64,000 bases of DNA from an uncultured Chloroflexia bacterium (GCA_963700285.1 CAVOXA010000010.1:640001-704000); one strand, 5' to 3'; counted from the first letter of the stretch, positions 39,913-53,633 are shown. Notes: generated by a model not told the origin, from the sequence alone. Translations and numbers: made by a program.

Positions 39913-40659
39913 CTATGCCTGGCCTCGTTGGCGCAGAACCTCGTATAGTGCAATCGCCCCCGCGACGCCCGCGTTCAACGACTCCACCTGCCCATGCATC
40001 GGCAGCCGGATGAGATAGTCGCAGGTCTCCCGGACCAGTCGCGCCAGCCCCTGGCCCTCACTGCCCACGACCAATCCCAGTGGCCCCCGCAAATCCGCCT
40101 GCGTGTGCAACTGCACACCGGGCACTGCTTCCAGCCCGGCCAGCCATACCTCTTTTGATTTCAGCCATTCCATGGCCCGCACCAGGTTGGTCACTTGCGC
40201 CACACGCACATGTTCGGCTGCGCCTGCCGAGGCCCTTACCGCGGCTGGCGTCACCCCCGCCGCCCGTCGCTCGGGGATCACCACACCGTGAATTCCGGCC
40301 GCCTCAGCGGTGCGCAGCAGAGAGCCCAAGTTCTGGGGGTCCTGCACATGGTCCAGCAGCAGGAGAAAGGGCGGCTCGCCGCTTTGCTGGACTGTTTCTA
40401 GTAGGGCCTCCAGCTCTACGTAGGGGTAGCCTGAAACCTCAGCGGCGAGGCCCTGATGATTGACCTCGCCGCCCCCTTTATCCAGATCCTTGCGTGCCAC
40501 CATCTGGACCGGTATACTGGTCCGATCAGCCAGTCTGAGAACCTCTCCCACGAGCTCCGTGGTCTTGAACTCCCTGGCCAGCAGCAGTTTAAATATCTGT
40601 CGCCGCCCAGCCCGGACTGCCTCGCGCACCGGCTGGCGCCCGTAGAGAATCTCGTGCAT
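39913..40659 (-). CDS. rlmB: 23S rRNA (Gm2251) 2'-O-methyltransferase
   Basis: NHQG, DPQNLGSLLRTA, VGSEGQG, ESLNAGVA; follows cysS. Confidence 0.93.
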   Translation of the reverse strand: MHEILYGRQPVREAVRAGRRQIFKLLLAREFKTTELVGEVLRLADRTSIPVQMVARKDLDKGGGEVNHQGLAAEVSGYPYVELEALLETVQQSGEPPFLLLLDHVQDPQNLGSLLRTAEAAGIHGVVIPERRAAGVTPAAVRASAGAAEHVRVAQVTNLVRAMEWLKSKEVWLAGLEAVPGVQLHTQADLRGPLGLVVGSEGQGLARLVRETCDYLIRLPMHGQVESLNAGVAGAIALYEVLRQRGQA

Positions 40660-40675
40660 CCGTACTCACCACACT

Positions 40676-42145
40676 CTACTGGCCGAGTCGCCAGCGCGTA
40701 CCCTCCGGTCCATCCTCCAAGGCAATGCCCATCTCACTGAGCTGGTCGCGGATCGCGTCGGCCCTGGCCCATTCCCGGGCCTGGCGTGCCTCCTGGCGCA
40801 TGTCGACGAGCATCCGTACCAGGCCATCCACCACATTATGATCTGCCTGGGATGTGCTGCCTGAACCTGTCCCTTCATCGAAAAGGATGCCGAGCACATC
40901 GCTGCCCAGGGTCCGGTAGACCTCGTCCATCGCTTCCAGCGTCGCCCGGCTCACTGGCTTGCCGGAGTTGAGGTGAGCGTTCACTTTATGGCTCAGATCG
41001 AACAACGTCGCAATAGCTCGAGGCGTACCAAAATCGTCGTCCATCACCTCCTCAAACCGGGCCCTGTGCTGCTCCAGTTTGGTCAGCCATGCTTCATCGA
41101 CCTCGTCGCCCTCGGCATTCCGCAGCCGTTCGCGGATCAGGCCCACGGTGCTGGTCAGCCGCTCCAGGCCCCGCCCCGCAGCCGCTATGGCTTCTTCGCT
41201 GAAATCGGTAGGTGAGCGATAGTGGCTGCTCAACACAAAGAAACGGATCGTCATGGGACCGTGCCGGGACAGCATCTCCTTAATGGTAATGGCATTGCCT
41301 AGACTCTTGCCCATCTTGACGCCGTCTACGGTGACCATGTTGTTGAGCAGCCAGTAGTTGCAGAACGACTCGCCGGTGGCAGCCTCGATCTGGGCAATCT
41401 CGCACTCGTTGTGCGGAAAGATATTCTCCAATCCACCACCATGGATGTCAAAGGGCTGCCCCAGGTATTTGGTGGCCATCACCGAACACTCCACATGCCA
41501 GCCGGGATAACCCCAACCCCACGGGCTGGGCCAGCGTAGAACATGTCCCCTCTCGGCCTTTTTCCAGACGGCAAAGTCCGCCGGGTGGCGCTTTTCCAGG
41601 TTGATCGCGACTCGAGCGCCCTCCTCCAGTTCGTCCACCCTACGCCCAGACAGCTTGCCATACTCTGGCCAGTTGGACACGTCAAAGTAGATGGAACCGT
41701 TGGCTTCGTAGGCGTGTCCCTTTTCCAGCAAAACCTCTGCCAGACCTATCTGCTCGGTAATATGGCAACTGGGTCGCGGTGAGATGTTGGGCCGCACCGC
41801 ATTCAGAGCGTCCATGTCCTCAAAGTAACTGCGCATGTAGGTCTCGACCAGCTCCATAGGCTCGACACGGTCTGCCGCAGCCCGTTTGAGGATCTTGTCT
41901 TCCCCCTCGTCGGCGTCATCGGTCAAGTGGCCGACATCGGTGATATTTTGCACGTAGCGCACCTTGTAGCCTTTGTAGCGGAGATAGCGAACGATTGTGT
42001 CGAACGAGAGATAGACCTTGGCATGGCCAATGTGTGCGTGGTCATAGATCGTAGGCCCGCAGACATAGATGCTGACAAATCCTTGGTGGATGGGCTTGAA
42101 TTCTTCTTTTCGACGCGTCATATGGTTGTACAAAGTTAGTGTCAT
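40676..42145 (-). CDS. cysS: Cysteinyl-tRNA synthetase
   Basis: [36 protein letters not shown]. Confidence 0.97.
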   Translation of the reverse strand: MTLTLYNHMTRRKEEFKPIHQGFVSIYVCGPTIYDHAHIGHAKVYLSFDTIVRYLRYKGYKVRYVQNITDVGHLTDDADEGEDKILKRAAADRVEPMELVETYMRSYFEDMDALNAVRPNISPRPSCHITEQIGLAEVLLEKGHAYEANGSIYFDVSNWPEYGKLSGRRVDELEEGARVAINLEKRHPADFAVWKKAERGHVLRWPSPWGWGYPGWHVECSVMATKYLGQPFDIHGGGLENIFPHNECEIAQIEAATGESFCNYWLLNNMVTVDGVKMGKSLGNAITIKEMLSRHGPMTIRFFVLSSHYRSPTDFSEEAIAAAGRGLERLTSTVGLIRERLRNAEGDEVDEAWLTKLEQHRARFEEVMDDDFGTPRAIATLFDLSHKVNAHLNSGKPVSRATLEAMDEVYRTLGSDVLGILFDEGTGSGSTSQADHNVVDGLVRMLVDMRQEARQAREWARADAIRDQLSEMGIALEDGPEGTRWRLGQ

Positions 42146-42309
42146 TTGTGTGTCCCCTTGGTGGTTGACTTGGATCAGGCATCAATGCCAACTGAAGCTC
42201 CAATTGGAGCCCTTGCCGTAGGATGCTGCCATACTCACTGACAGCACCTCCCAGTACAGATGCAGATCCGCGTCCAACCCCAGGGTGCTCTTGGCGTATC
42301 TTGCATATT

Positions 42310-43050
42310 TCACTCAGCCGCCTTACTACTCTCTGGCGGTTGCACGTTGGCTTGCTGCGCCACGACGATCAAGGTTACCGCTGTATCGACGGATACTCGT
42401 CCACTATTGATAACTAGGTGATACAAAGTGGGGTCCGAGCGGTCTACGCCGTGATAGCGGCGCACATAGTCGCTCCTGGCCCGGTCACTAGCTCGTACCC
42501 GGCTCTGTGCAGCCCGCCACGCTAGACCCTCACGGTCCGCCACGGCTCTGATCCGATCATCAAGAGGGGCAACGATCTGTACGTGCAGGGCGTCTGGATG
42601 CTTTCTTAGCAGGACTTGGCCTCCACGCCCAACGACCAAAACATTGCCTTCTCGGGCCGAACCCCGGATCACCAGACCAACCATGCGCACATAACTCTCC
42701 AATGAGGCGCTGATAGGCGGGACCGTGAGCGAAAACAACCCAGTAAGGGGAATGGACAGGCTGGAAGGTTCGCTGTAAGGCGTGTTGAGCTCGCCAGCCG
42801 GTGGTGCCGAAAAGGCAGAGGCTCTCTGCAAACTGGGCATGGCACGCAAGGCGTTGAGCATCCGGTCAGCTAGCCCCCGTTCCCCCTCATGCTCCAATTC
42901 GGCCAATGCAACCTCTGGCACACCTGCTCTTTGCGCTGCTCGATGGATCGTTGCAGCGTCGATCAGCCGCAGGTCCAGCTCCCGGGCCACCTTGGCAGCA
43001 ATCTCCTCACCATGACTGCCTAGCTGGCGAGATAGGGTAATCACGGGCAT
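42310..43050 (-). CDS. Cytidylate-kinase-like family protein
   Basis: VITLSRQLGSHG, VVGRGG, YHLVINS. Confidence 0.85.
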   Translation of the reverse strand: MPVITLSRQLGSHGEEIAAKVARELDLRLIDAATIHRAAQRAGVPEVALAELEHEGERGLADRMLNALRAMPSLQRASAFSAPPAGELNTPYSEPSSLSIPLTGLFSLTVPPISASLESYVRMVGLVIRGSAREGNVLVVGRGGQVLLRKHPDALHVQIVAPLDDRIRAVADREGLAWRAAQSRVRASDRARSDYVRRYHGVDRSDPTLYHLVINSGRVSVDTAVTLIVVAQQANVQPPESSKAAE

Positions 43051-43057
43051 TTTTTGC

Positions 43058-44107
43058 TCACCTATTCAAATCTGGCTGGGCAAAGACCAAACGCCCTTCC
43101 GTCTTCTGCAGCACCTTTTTCACCAGGACAGGGATTGTGCGGCCGATATATGGCCGTCCTTCCTCGACAACGATCATGGTACCATCATCCAAATACCCAA
43201 CCCCTTGCCCTAGCTCTTTGCCTTCCTGGATGATTCTGATCGAGATCGTCTCCCCCGGCAGCAATACAGACTTGACGGCGTTGGCCAGTTCGTTGATATT
43301 TAGCACCATCACCCCCTGAAGTTGAGCCACTCGGTTGAGGTTATAGTCGTTGGTGACCACGGGGCATCGGAGGGTCTTGGCCAGCATGATGAGTTTGTCG
43401 TCCACTTCCCGGGCTTCTGGGGCGTCCATATCCGTGGTACGCACCGGCACGACCGACTCCTCCTTCAGCCGGTTAAGCATTTCAAGCCCCCGACGCCCCC
43501 GGTTGCGCCGCAGGCTATCGGAAGAATCGGCAATATGCTGCAGTTCATTCAAGACAAAGCGAGGAACCAGCATCGTTCCTGAGATGAAGCCAGTCTGGCT
43601 GACATCGGCAATACGTCCATCTATGATGACGCTCGTGTCGAGCAAAACTACTTGTTCATCCTGGGGAGCTTCAGCGCTTTTGGAGAAACGGCTACTGAGG
43701 AGCGCAAAAAGGTCTTTCCGGCGCATCGTTGCCACCATTACGCCCAGATAGCCAAACAGGATCGCACCAACGAACGGCATGACATCGCCAAAAGGCGACG
43801 GCAAGTTGGCCAGAACAGGTGACAGCAGGGCGGCAACGATCAAACCCACAATCAGACCCACGATAATAGCAAAGAGTTCTTTGGCCGGTAGTTCCTGGAT
43901 TTTGTGCCGCACATATCGGATCGGCTTGATCGTCACCCATGGTGCCACCAGCGCCCCAATTGCTGCCCCTGCCAGCGTCAGAGCCACCACCGAATATCGA
44001 AGATAGGACTCCGGTAGTGCAGTACTGGCCAGGTATTCTCCAAGACGCCAACCAGCTGCTCCCAGGAGGATCATTCCAAACAATCGCACCGCAATTTCCA
44101 AGATCAT
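43058..44107 (-). CDS. Membrane PIN/TRAM-domain protein (YacL-like)
   Basis: LLDTSVIIDGRI, RGRRGL, TNDYNLN, QGVGYLDDGTMIVVE. Confidence 0.93.
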   Translation of the reverse strand: MILEIAVRLFGMILLGAAGWRLGEYLASTALPESYLRYSVVALTLAGAAIGALVAPWVTIKPIRYVRHKIQELPAKELFAIIVGLIVGLIVAALLSPVLANLPSPFGDVMPFVGAILFGYLGVMVATMRRKDLFALLSSRFSKSAEAPQDEQVVLLDTSVIIDGRIADVSQTGFISGTMLVPRFVLNELQHIADSSDSLRRNRGRRGLEMLNRLKEESVVPVRTTDMDAPEAREVDDKLIMLAKTLRCPVVTNDYNLNRVAQLQGVMVLNINELANAVKSVLLPGETISIRIIQEGKELGQGVGYLDDGTMIVVEEGRPYIGRTIPVLVKKVLQKTEGRLVFAQPDLNR

Positions 44108-44360
44108 GGAATCTAACCTCCCAAGTTGTTATTCACTTTCCTAGGCTTGGGTCCCGCACGGCTCGGTGCGAGCAACCAGCCAACTGCCATACAAGATTCT
44201 ACATAGGGCCTCCTCCTTGGATTCCGGCCGAACCACATGGTACATAGTTCTTGCCGGCACGTTGTCGATTCCGTCTGCCAACAACTAGAAATGAAAACTC
44301 GACATTGTCTCAAGCGCTACTTCACGAACAAGGATAAATGGTCCTTCACCAACTGCCCCT

Positions 44361-44389
44361 ATCTTAACACATTCCAAAGCAAATGTCAA
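44361..44389 (-). promoter_or_regulatory. Sigma70 promoter upstream of the PIN/TRAM gene
   Basis: TTGACA-17nt-TAAGAT, giving a leader of ~250 nt. Confidence 0.65.
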
Positions 44390-44396
44390 TGAGATT

Positions 44397-45809
44397 TCAT
44401 AGACGACTGGCAGATGCGCTAGCCGGTCCCAGCGCGACGGCTAGCGCATCTGCCAGAGAACGTACTGGGATCGGTTCGATACCATCCGGAATATCCGGAA
44501 TCCGGCGATGGGTACCCGGTACAACGCACCGGCCAAAGCCCAACTTGGCTGCCTCATGCACGCGTCGCGACAGCTGACTTACAGTACGCAATTCACCAGA
44601 CAGGCCAATCTCTCCCACAGCCGCCAGGTCACTTGGCAGCGGCATGTTCTGAAAGCTTGAGGCGATAGCCAGGGCCAGTGCCAGATCGGCCGCAGGCTCG
44701 CTAATCCGCAACCCACCAACCACGTTCACAAAAATATCCTGGTCGGCCAGGCGCAGCCCCACCCGTTTCGAGAGGACCGCTGCTAGTAGCAACAGCCGGT
44801 TAAAGTCCACGCCATTCGCCGTGCGCCGCGGAAGCCCGAAACTAGTCGTACTGGCCAGTGCCTGAATCTCAACCAAGAGGGGCCGCGTGCCCTCCATCGT
44901 TACAGCAATCGCTGAACCCGCCGCATCCGGCAGTCGCTCAGCCAGGAAAGCTTCCGAGGGATTGGTTACTTCGACCATGCCCTCCTCTGTCATCTCGAAC
45001 ACCCCTACTTCGTTGGTCGAGCCAAACCGGTTTTTCACGCTTCGCAACAAGCGGTGGGCATGAAAACGGTCGCCCTCCAGGTAGAGCACGGCATCCACAA
45101 TGTGTTCTAACACACGCGGTCCGGCAATAGCTCCTGCTTTGGTCACGTGTCCTACCACAAAGATCGGTATCCCACTTACTTTAGCCAGGCGTAACAAAGT
45201 CGAGGCGCAGGCTTTGACTTGGCTCACGCTCCCTGCAGCCGAGTCCAATTCCTCGGAAGAGATGGCCTGGATCGAGTCTACCACAACCAACTGCGGCCTC
45301 AACTGCTCGATGTGAGCCACAACCTGGCCCAGCAATACCTCTGAGACGATATAGAGACCCGGCTGCTGCAAGCCCAGGCGGTCAGCTCGCAGTTTAATCT
45401 GGTGTACCGACTCCTCACCCGAGATGTACAGGACTACAGGTGTGGTACCTAGTCCAGCACTATCCTCTTCGGCCAGTTGTGCCGAGACTTGTAGCAACAG
45501 AGTAGATTTGCCGATACCCGGATCCCCTCCGATGAGTACCACAGAACCCGGAACAATGCCGCCCCCCAATACCCGTGACAGCTCATCGTTGGCCACCGGC
45601 AAACGCTGTGATTGGTCAGCTTTGATTTCCGGCAATGATTGCGGTTGACTGGCCAACATCGAGGCATGTAGACCTGGCCGGGCCTTGCGCGACTCGATCA
45701 CAGTCTCTGCGAGAGTATTCCATTCACCACAAGCATTGCACTGCCCAGTCCACTTCAGGGCCGTTGCCCCGCACGACTGGCATACATACCGGACACGTGT
45801 TTTGCTCAT
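44397..45809 (-). CDS. radA: DNA repair protein RadA/Sms
   Basis: CQSC...CNAC zinc finger, GDPGIGKST, KNRFG. Confidence 0.97.
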   Translation of the reverse strand: MSKTRVRYVCQSCGATALKWTGQCNACGEWNTLAETVIESRKARPGLHASMLASQPQSLPEIKADQSQRLPVANDELSRVLGGGIVPGSVVLIGGDPGIGKSTLLLQVSAQLAEEDSAGLGTTPVVLYISGEESVHQIKLRADRLGLQQPGLYIVSEVLLGQVVAHIEQLRPQLVVVDSIQAISSEELDSAAGSVSQVKACASTLLRLAKVSGIPIFVVGHVTKAGAIAGPRVLEHIVDAVLYLEGDRFHAHRLLRSVKNRFGSTNEVGVFEMTEEGMVEVTNPSEAFLAERLPDAAGSAIAVTMEGTRPLLVEIQALASTTSFGLPRRTANGVDFNRLLLLAAVLSKRVGLRLADQDIFVNVVGGLRISEPAADLALALAIASSFQNMPLPSDLAAVGEIGLSGELRTVSQLSRRVHEAAKLGFGRCVVPGTHRRIPDIPDGIEPIPVRSLADALAVALGPASASASRL

Positions 45810-45967
45810 CCTTGCTCCTGCTCGCTCAACGTAAGCACCCCTCTTGTGAGAACGGTCGGAGGCGAAACCCTTTTAAAAAAGAGGTCGATTTCTAATACCA
45901 GAAATCGACCTTCCAGTTCACTACGGTGTTGCCACCGATCTTTATGCTACCATATTAGCTTGGCGGC

Positions 45968-48484
<2,517 letters not shown>

Positions 48485-48753
48485 GCTGTCTTCCTCTCAC
48501 CAGAAGAATTGCATCCAGGTTCTGGGCTCATTATATCCGGGCACTGGCCGAAAGTGGGTAAGCCGTGTCACACAGAAGATGTGTTCACGAAGCGTAGAAG
48601 AGCACCCTCTGTGACGACAACTCTCCGCAGTGATGCAGATTCTCGACAAGGCGCGTAGCAGGCGGCCTACAGACAAAAATGCGATAGATCTACGATGCTT
48701 GGTCTAAAGAGTCGATCCAAGCGCCAGTTGTAAGGAAAAAAACGCCAGGAGAT

Positions 48754-50232
48754 CTAGATATCTTCACTGGGTTCTGAGGCGTCGCCTTCTTCGATCTCTT
48801 CCGGTACTAGCATCTCGGTGAGTCCGTCCACCTCTTCTAGCGCCTCATCAGGCACGCCCACCTCTGTAGGCTCTGGTACCTCGGCGAACTCGTCCATCTC
48901 CGTGGGCGTTTCCGCTTCCTCGAGTTCTCCCTCTGCCTCGAGTGACGCCTCCGCCTCCTCAAGCTCAGCACGCCAATCCAGATCAGCATACGCCGGATCT
49001 GTGACCCGTATGAGACTCAGCCCCATCCGCCTTCGCTTAGGGTCAATACGGATGATCCGCATTACGTGCTTCTCACCCTCGTGGACGACCTCTTGGGGAT
49101 GGTTGATCCGCCTGGCGCTTAGCTCGGAAATGTGGATGAGCCCTTCGATCTCGTCGTTGACCAGTGCAAAAGCGCCAAAATTGGTTAGCCGCGTAATGGT
49201 CCCTTCCACCAACTGCCCCTCGTAATAGCGGCTTTCCACGGTTGACCAAGGCTCCGGCTCCAGTCGTTTCAGACTCAGGGCAATGCGCTTTTTCTCCCGG
49301 TTGATGCCCAGAACATAGACGTCGACTTTCTGGCCCACATCCAGGACATCAGCCGGCTTGGCTGCACGGTCCCAGGACAACTCTGAAAGATGTACAAGGC
49401 CGTCAGCCCCACCCAAGTCAACGAAGGCGCCAAAGTCGGAGAGACTGCTGACCACACCGGAGCGGACTTCACCCTCACGCAACTCGTCCAGCAGTGTCTC
49501 TTTCTGCGCATCGCGCCACTGTCGCAACGCCGCTCGCTCGGACAAGATCAGACGTTTGCGCCGTCGGTTGATTTCGATGACCTTGACCTGTATGGGCATG
49601 CCAACCAGTCTCGCCCACCGCTCCTCTGGTTGCTGGTTCTGGCGACCTTGGTGCTCGCGAGACAACTGCGAGGCTGGAGCAAAGCCTCTGAGTTTACCCA
49701 GTCGCACGATCAGGCCGCCCTTATTGAAGCCAGCCACCTGGCTCTCAAACCAGTCGCTTGCTTCGTACAACGCTTGGGCGCGACGCCAATCGGTCTCTTC
49801 TTCGGCACGACGGATCGACAATACCAGGCTTCCATCCTGGTCTTCGGGACGAACGATGTAGACCGGGATGGTATCCCCAACCTGCATGTCATCCAACCCT
49901 TGTCGCCCCAGACCTTCCAGTTCCTTGCCCCGGACGACACCCTCGGACTTGGCGCCGACGTCGATCAGGATCTCAGTTGGGCTTACGCTAACGATTTCGC
50001 CGTCAACGGTGTCACCCTGCCTCAGTTTCCTGAAACTGAACGCCTCTTCCATCAGATTGCTCATTGGATGCTCGGCTGGTTCTTCCTGGGGCATGCCGCC
50101 ATCCACGAAATTGCTCATCAGATTTTCGGTGATTTCTTCCTGGGCCGCACCGTCATCCATGAGTCCTTCCTCGTTGCTCTGCTTCTCCTCCATAAAGACG
50201 GAAACTCCCCCTGCATCAAGTTTATCAACCAC
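48754..50232 (-). CDS. rpsA: 30S ribosomal protein S1 (four S1 domains, acidic extensions)
   Basis: NKGGL, FGAFVDLGGADGLVHLSELSW, FGAFA...EGLIHISEL; start uncertain (50232 or ~50193). Confidence 0.9.
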   Translation of the reverse strand: MVDKLDAGGVSVFMEEKQSNEEGLMDDGAAQEEITENLMSNFVDGGMPQEEPAEHPMSNLMEEAFSFRKLRQGDTVDGEIVSVSPTEILIDVGAKSEGVVRGKELEGLGRQGLDDMQVGDTIPVYIVRPEDQDGSLVLSIRRAEEETDWRRAQALYEASDWFESQVAGFNKGGLIVRLGKLRGFAPASQLSREHQGRQNQQPEERWARLVGMPIQVKVIEINRRRKRLILSERAALRQWRDAQKETLLDELREGEVRSGVVSSLSDFGAFVDLGGADGLVHLSELSWDRAAKPADVLDVGQKVDVYVLGINREKKRIALSLKRLEPEPWSTVESRYYEGQLVEGTITRLTNFGAFALVNDEIEGLIHISELSARRINHPQEVVHEGEKHVMRIIRIDPKRRRMGLSLIRVTDPAYADLDWRAELEEAEASLEAEGELEEAETPTEMDEFAEVPEPTEVGVPDEALEEVDGLTEMLVPEEIEEGDASEPSEDI

Positions 50233-50887
50233 ACGACGGAACCAGCATCAATGACGGTTCCACCTGGATGATAGACCAATTATACCGCCTTTTTTCCCAA
50301 AAGGCAAGAACGGATCTGGCTAGGCTTTCGCAGCAGGTCAAAAGCTGTGGGTACAATATGTGGAGATGCTCTGCCCCACCTGCCAGACATCGTGGCAAAG
50401 GACACAGAGGTATGGGTTGTACGAGTTCGTGAACAATTTTTGGGCGGCAATTGCGCGGCAGTGAGCGTCCTGTGCGCAATGGGTGAGTCCTCAACGCACA
50501 GCGGAGAGCGGTCGCCTCGCGAATGAGACGGACCAGGATGCGCTGTTGAAGCTCTGCCCAACGAGATCGTACAGGGCACTTGTCAGTTCCTGATCGAGTT
50601 CCTCAGCAAGGTCCGGCATGACATTCGTTGTTGGCATCTCCGCCAAGAAAACTTCGGTGTCTCGGCCCAGTTCCTGGCCCCGGCGATAAACCTGACGCCC
50701 CCGCGACAACTGCTTTGACTGGGAAAGTACGGTATGCTATAATTGGCAGGGCATTGGAGCCTCGTGGGTGCTGTTGAAGCCCGCTGGCGTGACAGAGAGA
50801 CGGAAAAGTGGCTATGGTTAACGGGCCTTGTGTGGACCGGAACGAGGCCAGCTTCCAGGAGATCTGCGCCCTTCCAGTTCTCTGAGA

Positions 50888-51105
50888 TGGCTCGCGAGCT
50901 GCAGCGGAGGGGTACAGGCATGCACGGCGATGAGACTGCGATCCTGAAGCTCTTGTCTCAGGGGGCGACGAACACGGGATTGCGCGGGAAACCCACTGGA
51001 GCGAGGTCACGGTCAAGCGCAAGCTACAGATCATCTTTGACAAGCTGGGCATCGAGGATCGCACCAGTGCCTCAGTCGAGGCCGTCCGCTGCGGTCTTGT
51101 CCAAG
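50888..51105 (+). pseudogene. LuxR-type HTH fragment, frameshifted
   Basis: ETAILKLLSQGATN / IARETHWSEVTVKRKLQIIFDKLGIEDRTSA, frameshift near 50978. Confidence 0.65.
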
Positions 51106-51310
51106 ACCCCGCAGGCAACTCTGCTCCTCAGAATAGCCTACTCTACCCGTTCCGCGTCGCGGCCAAAAGGGCTGCGTGGTCCGCAAACTGATACTAAACA
51201 GGACCTGAGATCTGGGATGTTATGTGACATGATCGGCACAATGCGGGAGCCAATTCCTAGTGCACCACACTGTGCAGAGGCAGATCTTCTAGGCAAGGAG
51301 CAACCAGCTT

Positions 51311-52345
51311 ATGAAGGTGACTGTATTATCGGGCGTCGAAAAGCTGACGATTGAAGACAGGCCGATCCCCAGCATTGGCCCAGGCGAGGCGCTTGTGAAA
51401 GTAGAGGCATGTGGCATCTGCGGCACGGATGTGCACGCCTATCTGAGCGGCAGCCTCTACCCTCTCGGTACGGTGATGGGGCACGAACCAACTGGAACCC
51501 TGATCGACGTTGGATCAGAGGTAGAGGGTTTTCAGCCGGGAGACCACGTCGCCCTGTACGGCCTTGCCGCCTGTGGCACATGCCCTGCCTGCAGGCGCGG
51601 GCTGGACTACTACTGTACCAACAAAACGGAGTTGGGCAGTAGCAACCAACTGGATGGCGCCTATGCCGAGTACGTCAGGATCCCCTACGCTGATAGGATG
51701 CTGGTCAAGATGCCGGACCAACTTACATTCGAGGAAGCCGCATTGGCCGATCCTCTTGCCACATCACTGCACGCGATCCGTTGCTCACGCTTCAAGCCAG
51801 GCGACACGGTGGCGGTGCTTGGCGCCGGACCCATCGGCCTGTTGGCTGTCCAATTGCTCAAGATCAGCGGCGCCAGCCTGGTCATTTGCACCGAGGTCTC
51901 GCCGCAGCGGTCAACCATTGCCAAGGAGCTAGGAGCTGACTGCGTCTTGAATCCTGTCGAGGAGGGCGAAGCATTGACCACTCGAGTTGCAGAGATGACG
52001 GGTGGGATGGGCGTCGATATCGCCTTTGAGTGCGCCGGTATGCCAGCCGCCTTCCGACAGTCATTCGATGTTGTCCGGCCGGGTGGGCAGGTGATGGCTG
52101 TGGGTGTGATCGAACAGGAAACCCCTGTGAATCCCTTGGGCATCGTGATCAAGGAGATCGATCTAAGGGGCTCACTGGCGTGCAACAAGTACGAACTTGA
52201 ACTAGCCGTCGGATTGCTTGCTCAGGGAAAGGTGAATACCGAGCTAATGCTCTCGGACACCATCTCCCTGGATGATATCGAGGCGCGAGGCTTCAGACGG
52301 CTGTTATCATCTCCTGAGGTGGTCAAGATCCTGGTCAAGCCCTGA
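51311..52345 (+). CDS. Zn-dependent medium-chain alcohol dehydrogenase
   Basis: CGICGTD, GHE, CGTCPACRRG...C, GAGPIG. Confidence 0.92.
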   Translation: MKVTVLSGVEKLTIEDRPIPSIGPGEALVKVEACGICGTDVHAYLSGSLYPLGTVMGHEPTGTLIDVGSEVEGFQPGDHVALYGLAACGTCPACRRGLDYYCTNKTELGSSNQLDGAYAEYVRIPYADRMLVKMPDQLTFEEAALADPLATSLHAIRCSRFKPGDTVAVLGAGPIGLLAVQLLKISGASLVICTEVSPQRSTIAKELGADCVLNPVEEGEALTTRVAEMTGGMGVDIAFECAGMPAAFRQSFDVVRPGGQVMAVGVIEQETPVNPLGIVIKEIDLRGSLACNKYELELAVGLLAQGKVNTELMLSDTISLDDIEARGFRRLLSSPEVVKILVKP

Positions 52346-52450
52346 GTGGGGAGAACTACAGAGACACCGAGGGTTCTGGAGCAAGGGCTTGCGGGTGCTG
52401 TGTTCTCTAACTCTGTGTCTCCGAGGATCCGTGTCCGGAGCTGGTTTCCC

Positions 52451-53032
52451 TCAGGCTCTGACCTCATCCGCGCAGAGCTTCTGACCCAGAGCATAGGCTT
52501 GGGCGATAATCTCCGCGTTCTCCTGTATATCGCCAGCAGCGTCGGCGCTGCCGTAGACCATGTCCACGATCTCAGCGCCCACATACCTGTAGGCATCCTG
52601 AAAGGTCCTGAACGCATTCACGGCGCCAGAATCGAAGGGGTCCGAGTCTCCGTAGGTCATGACGATTCCGATCTTTTTGCCTCTCAGGAGGTAGCCGTCA
52701 GCATCGACCAGGGCGTAGCAGCGATCCATGAACAGCTTGGTCTGGGCCGAAACCGTGAACCAATAGACGGGGCTGACAATCACGATAGCATCGGCATCCA
52801 GGATCCTCGGATAGAGCAACTGCATGTCATCCGAGACAACACAGCCTCCAAAGGGCTCCGTGTGACAGGCATCACAGGCGTCGCAGGGACTGATATCCAT
52901 GCCATGGAGGTAGAAGCTTTCGACATAGGCCCCGGCGGCTTTGGCACCTTCGGCCACCTTGTCCGCCAGGATGGCACTGTTGCCTTTCTCCCTGGGACTT
53001 CCCTTGACAATGACGATCCTTTTGCTTGCCAT
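52451..53032 (-). CDS. Iron-sulfur flavoprotein (flavodoxin-like)
   Basis: GSPREKGNS, CDACDAC...C, SPVYW, KLFMDR; start ATG 53032 after GGAGG. Confidence 0.88.
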   Translation of the reverse strand: MASKRIVIVKGSPREKGNSAILADKVAEGAKAAGAYVESFYLHGMDISPCDACDACHTEPFGGCVVSDDMQLLYPRILDADAIVIVSPVYWFTVSAQTKLFMDRCYALVDADGYLLRGKKIGIVMTYGDSDPFDSGAVNAFRTFQDAYRYVGAEIVDMVYGSADAAGDIQENAEIIAQAYALGQKLCADEVRA

Positions 53033-53150
53033 ATAAACCTCCGCGTCAGTCTTGTTCACGCGCATCCGTTAGGCCAAATGTCCAGCCCGGATTCTGTACT
53101 GCCTGATTGTACCATCAGTCATCCAGGGAGCCAAACAGGGCCAGGCCAGG

Positions 53151-53594
53151 CTACTTTGCCTGCAGGCCAGGTTCGTAGACAAGGATGGCATCTCGCCAAG
53201 CGCCGGGCATGGGGATCGAGCCTTGTTGGGTATAGTCATAGCAGACCTGAATGGTCTTTCCGGTAGCAATCTCGCCACCCTCGGTTTCCAATACATACGC
53301 AAAGTGAAAGCTCTTGTTGCCCAGGTAACTGACACGCACCCAGACGGTCACTGTCTGTCCCAGATAAGCAGACGCTTTGTAGCTGCAGGAAGCATCCGCC
53401 ACGATCATGCCAATTGACTCAAAATCGTTGTCCTGCCACAAGCCTGCCTCGCGCAGGTACCTTACGCGGGCGTGTTCCATGAAGGTGAAATAGGCCACAT
53501 TATTGAGATGGCGCTGGGCATCGATGTCGGCGTAGCGGATGGGAATATCCACAGAACAACGGAATTGTTGGCGATCATACTCGTTGTCGGGCAT
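53151..53594 (-). CDS. Acyl-CoA thioesterase (YbgC/FadM hotdog fold)
   Basis: IRYADIDAQRHLNNVAYFTFMEHAR. Confidence 0.88.
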   Translation of the reverse strand: MPDNEYDRQQFRCSVDIPIRYADIDAQRHLNNVAYFTFMEHARVRYLREAGLWQDNDFESIGMIVADASCSYKASAYLGQTVTVWVRVSYLGNKSFHFAYVLETEGGEIATGKTIQVCYDYTQQGSIPMPGAWRDAILVYEPGLQAK

Positions 53595-53633
53595 TCATGC
53601 ACCTCCCAAAGCCCTGCCTGGCATGGATTGCTG

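Noticed and set aside
48485-48753. CtsR or CIRCE operator upstream of clpC
   Set aside because: Neither the GTCAA direct-repeat array nor TTAGCACTC-N9-GAGTGCTAA was seen
50491-50709. Small ORF upstream of rpsA
   Set aside because: No recognisable family and weak start signals; cannot be supported from the sequence alone
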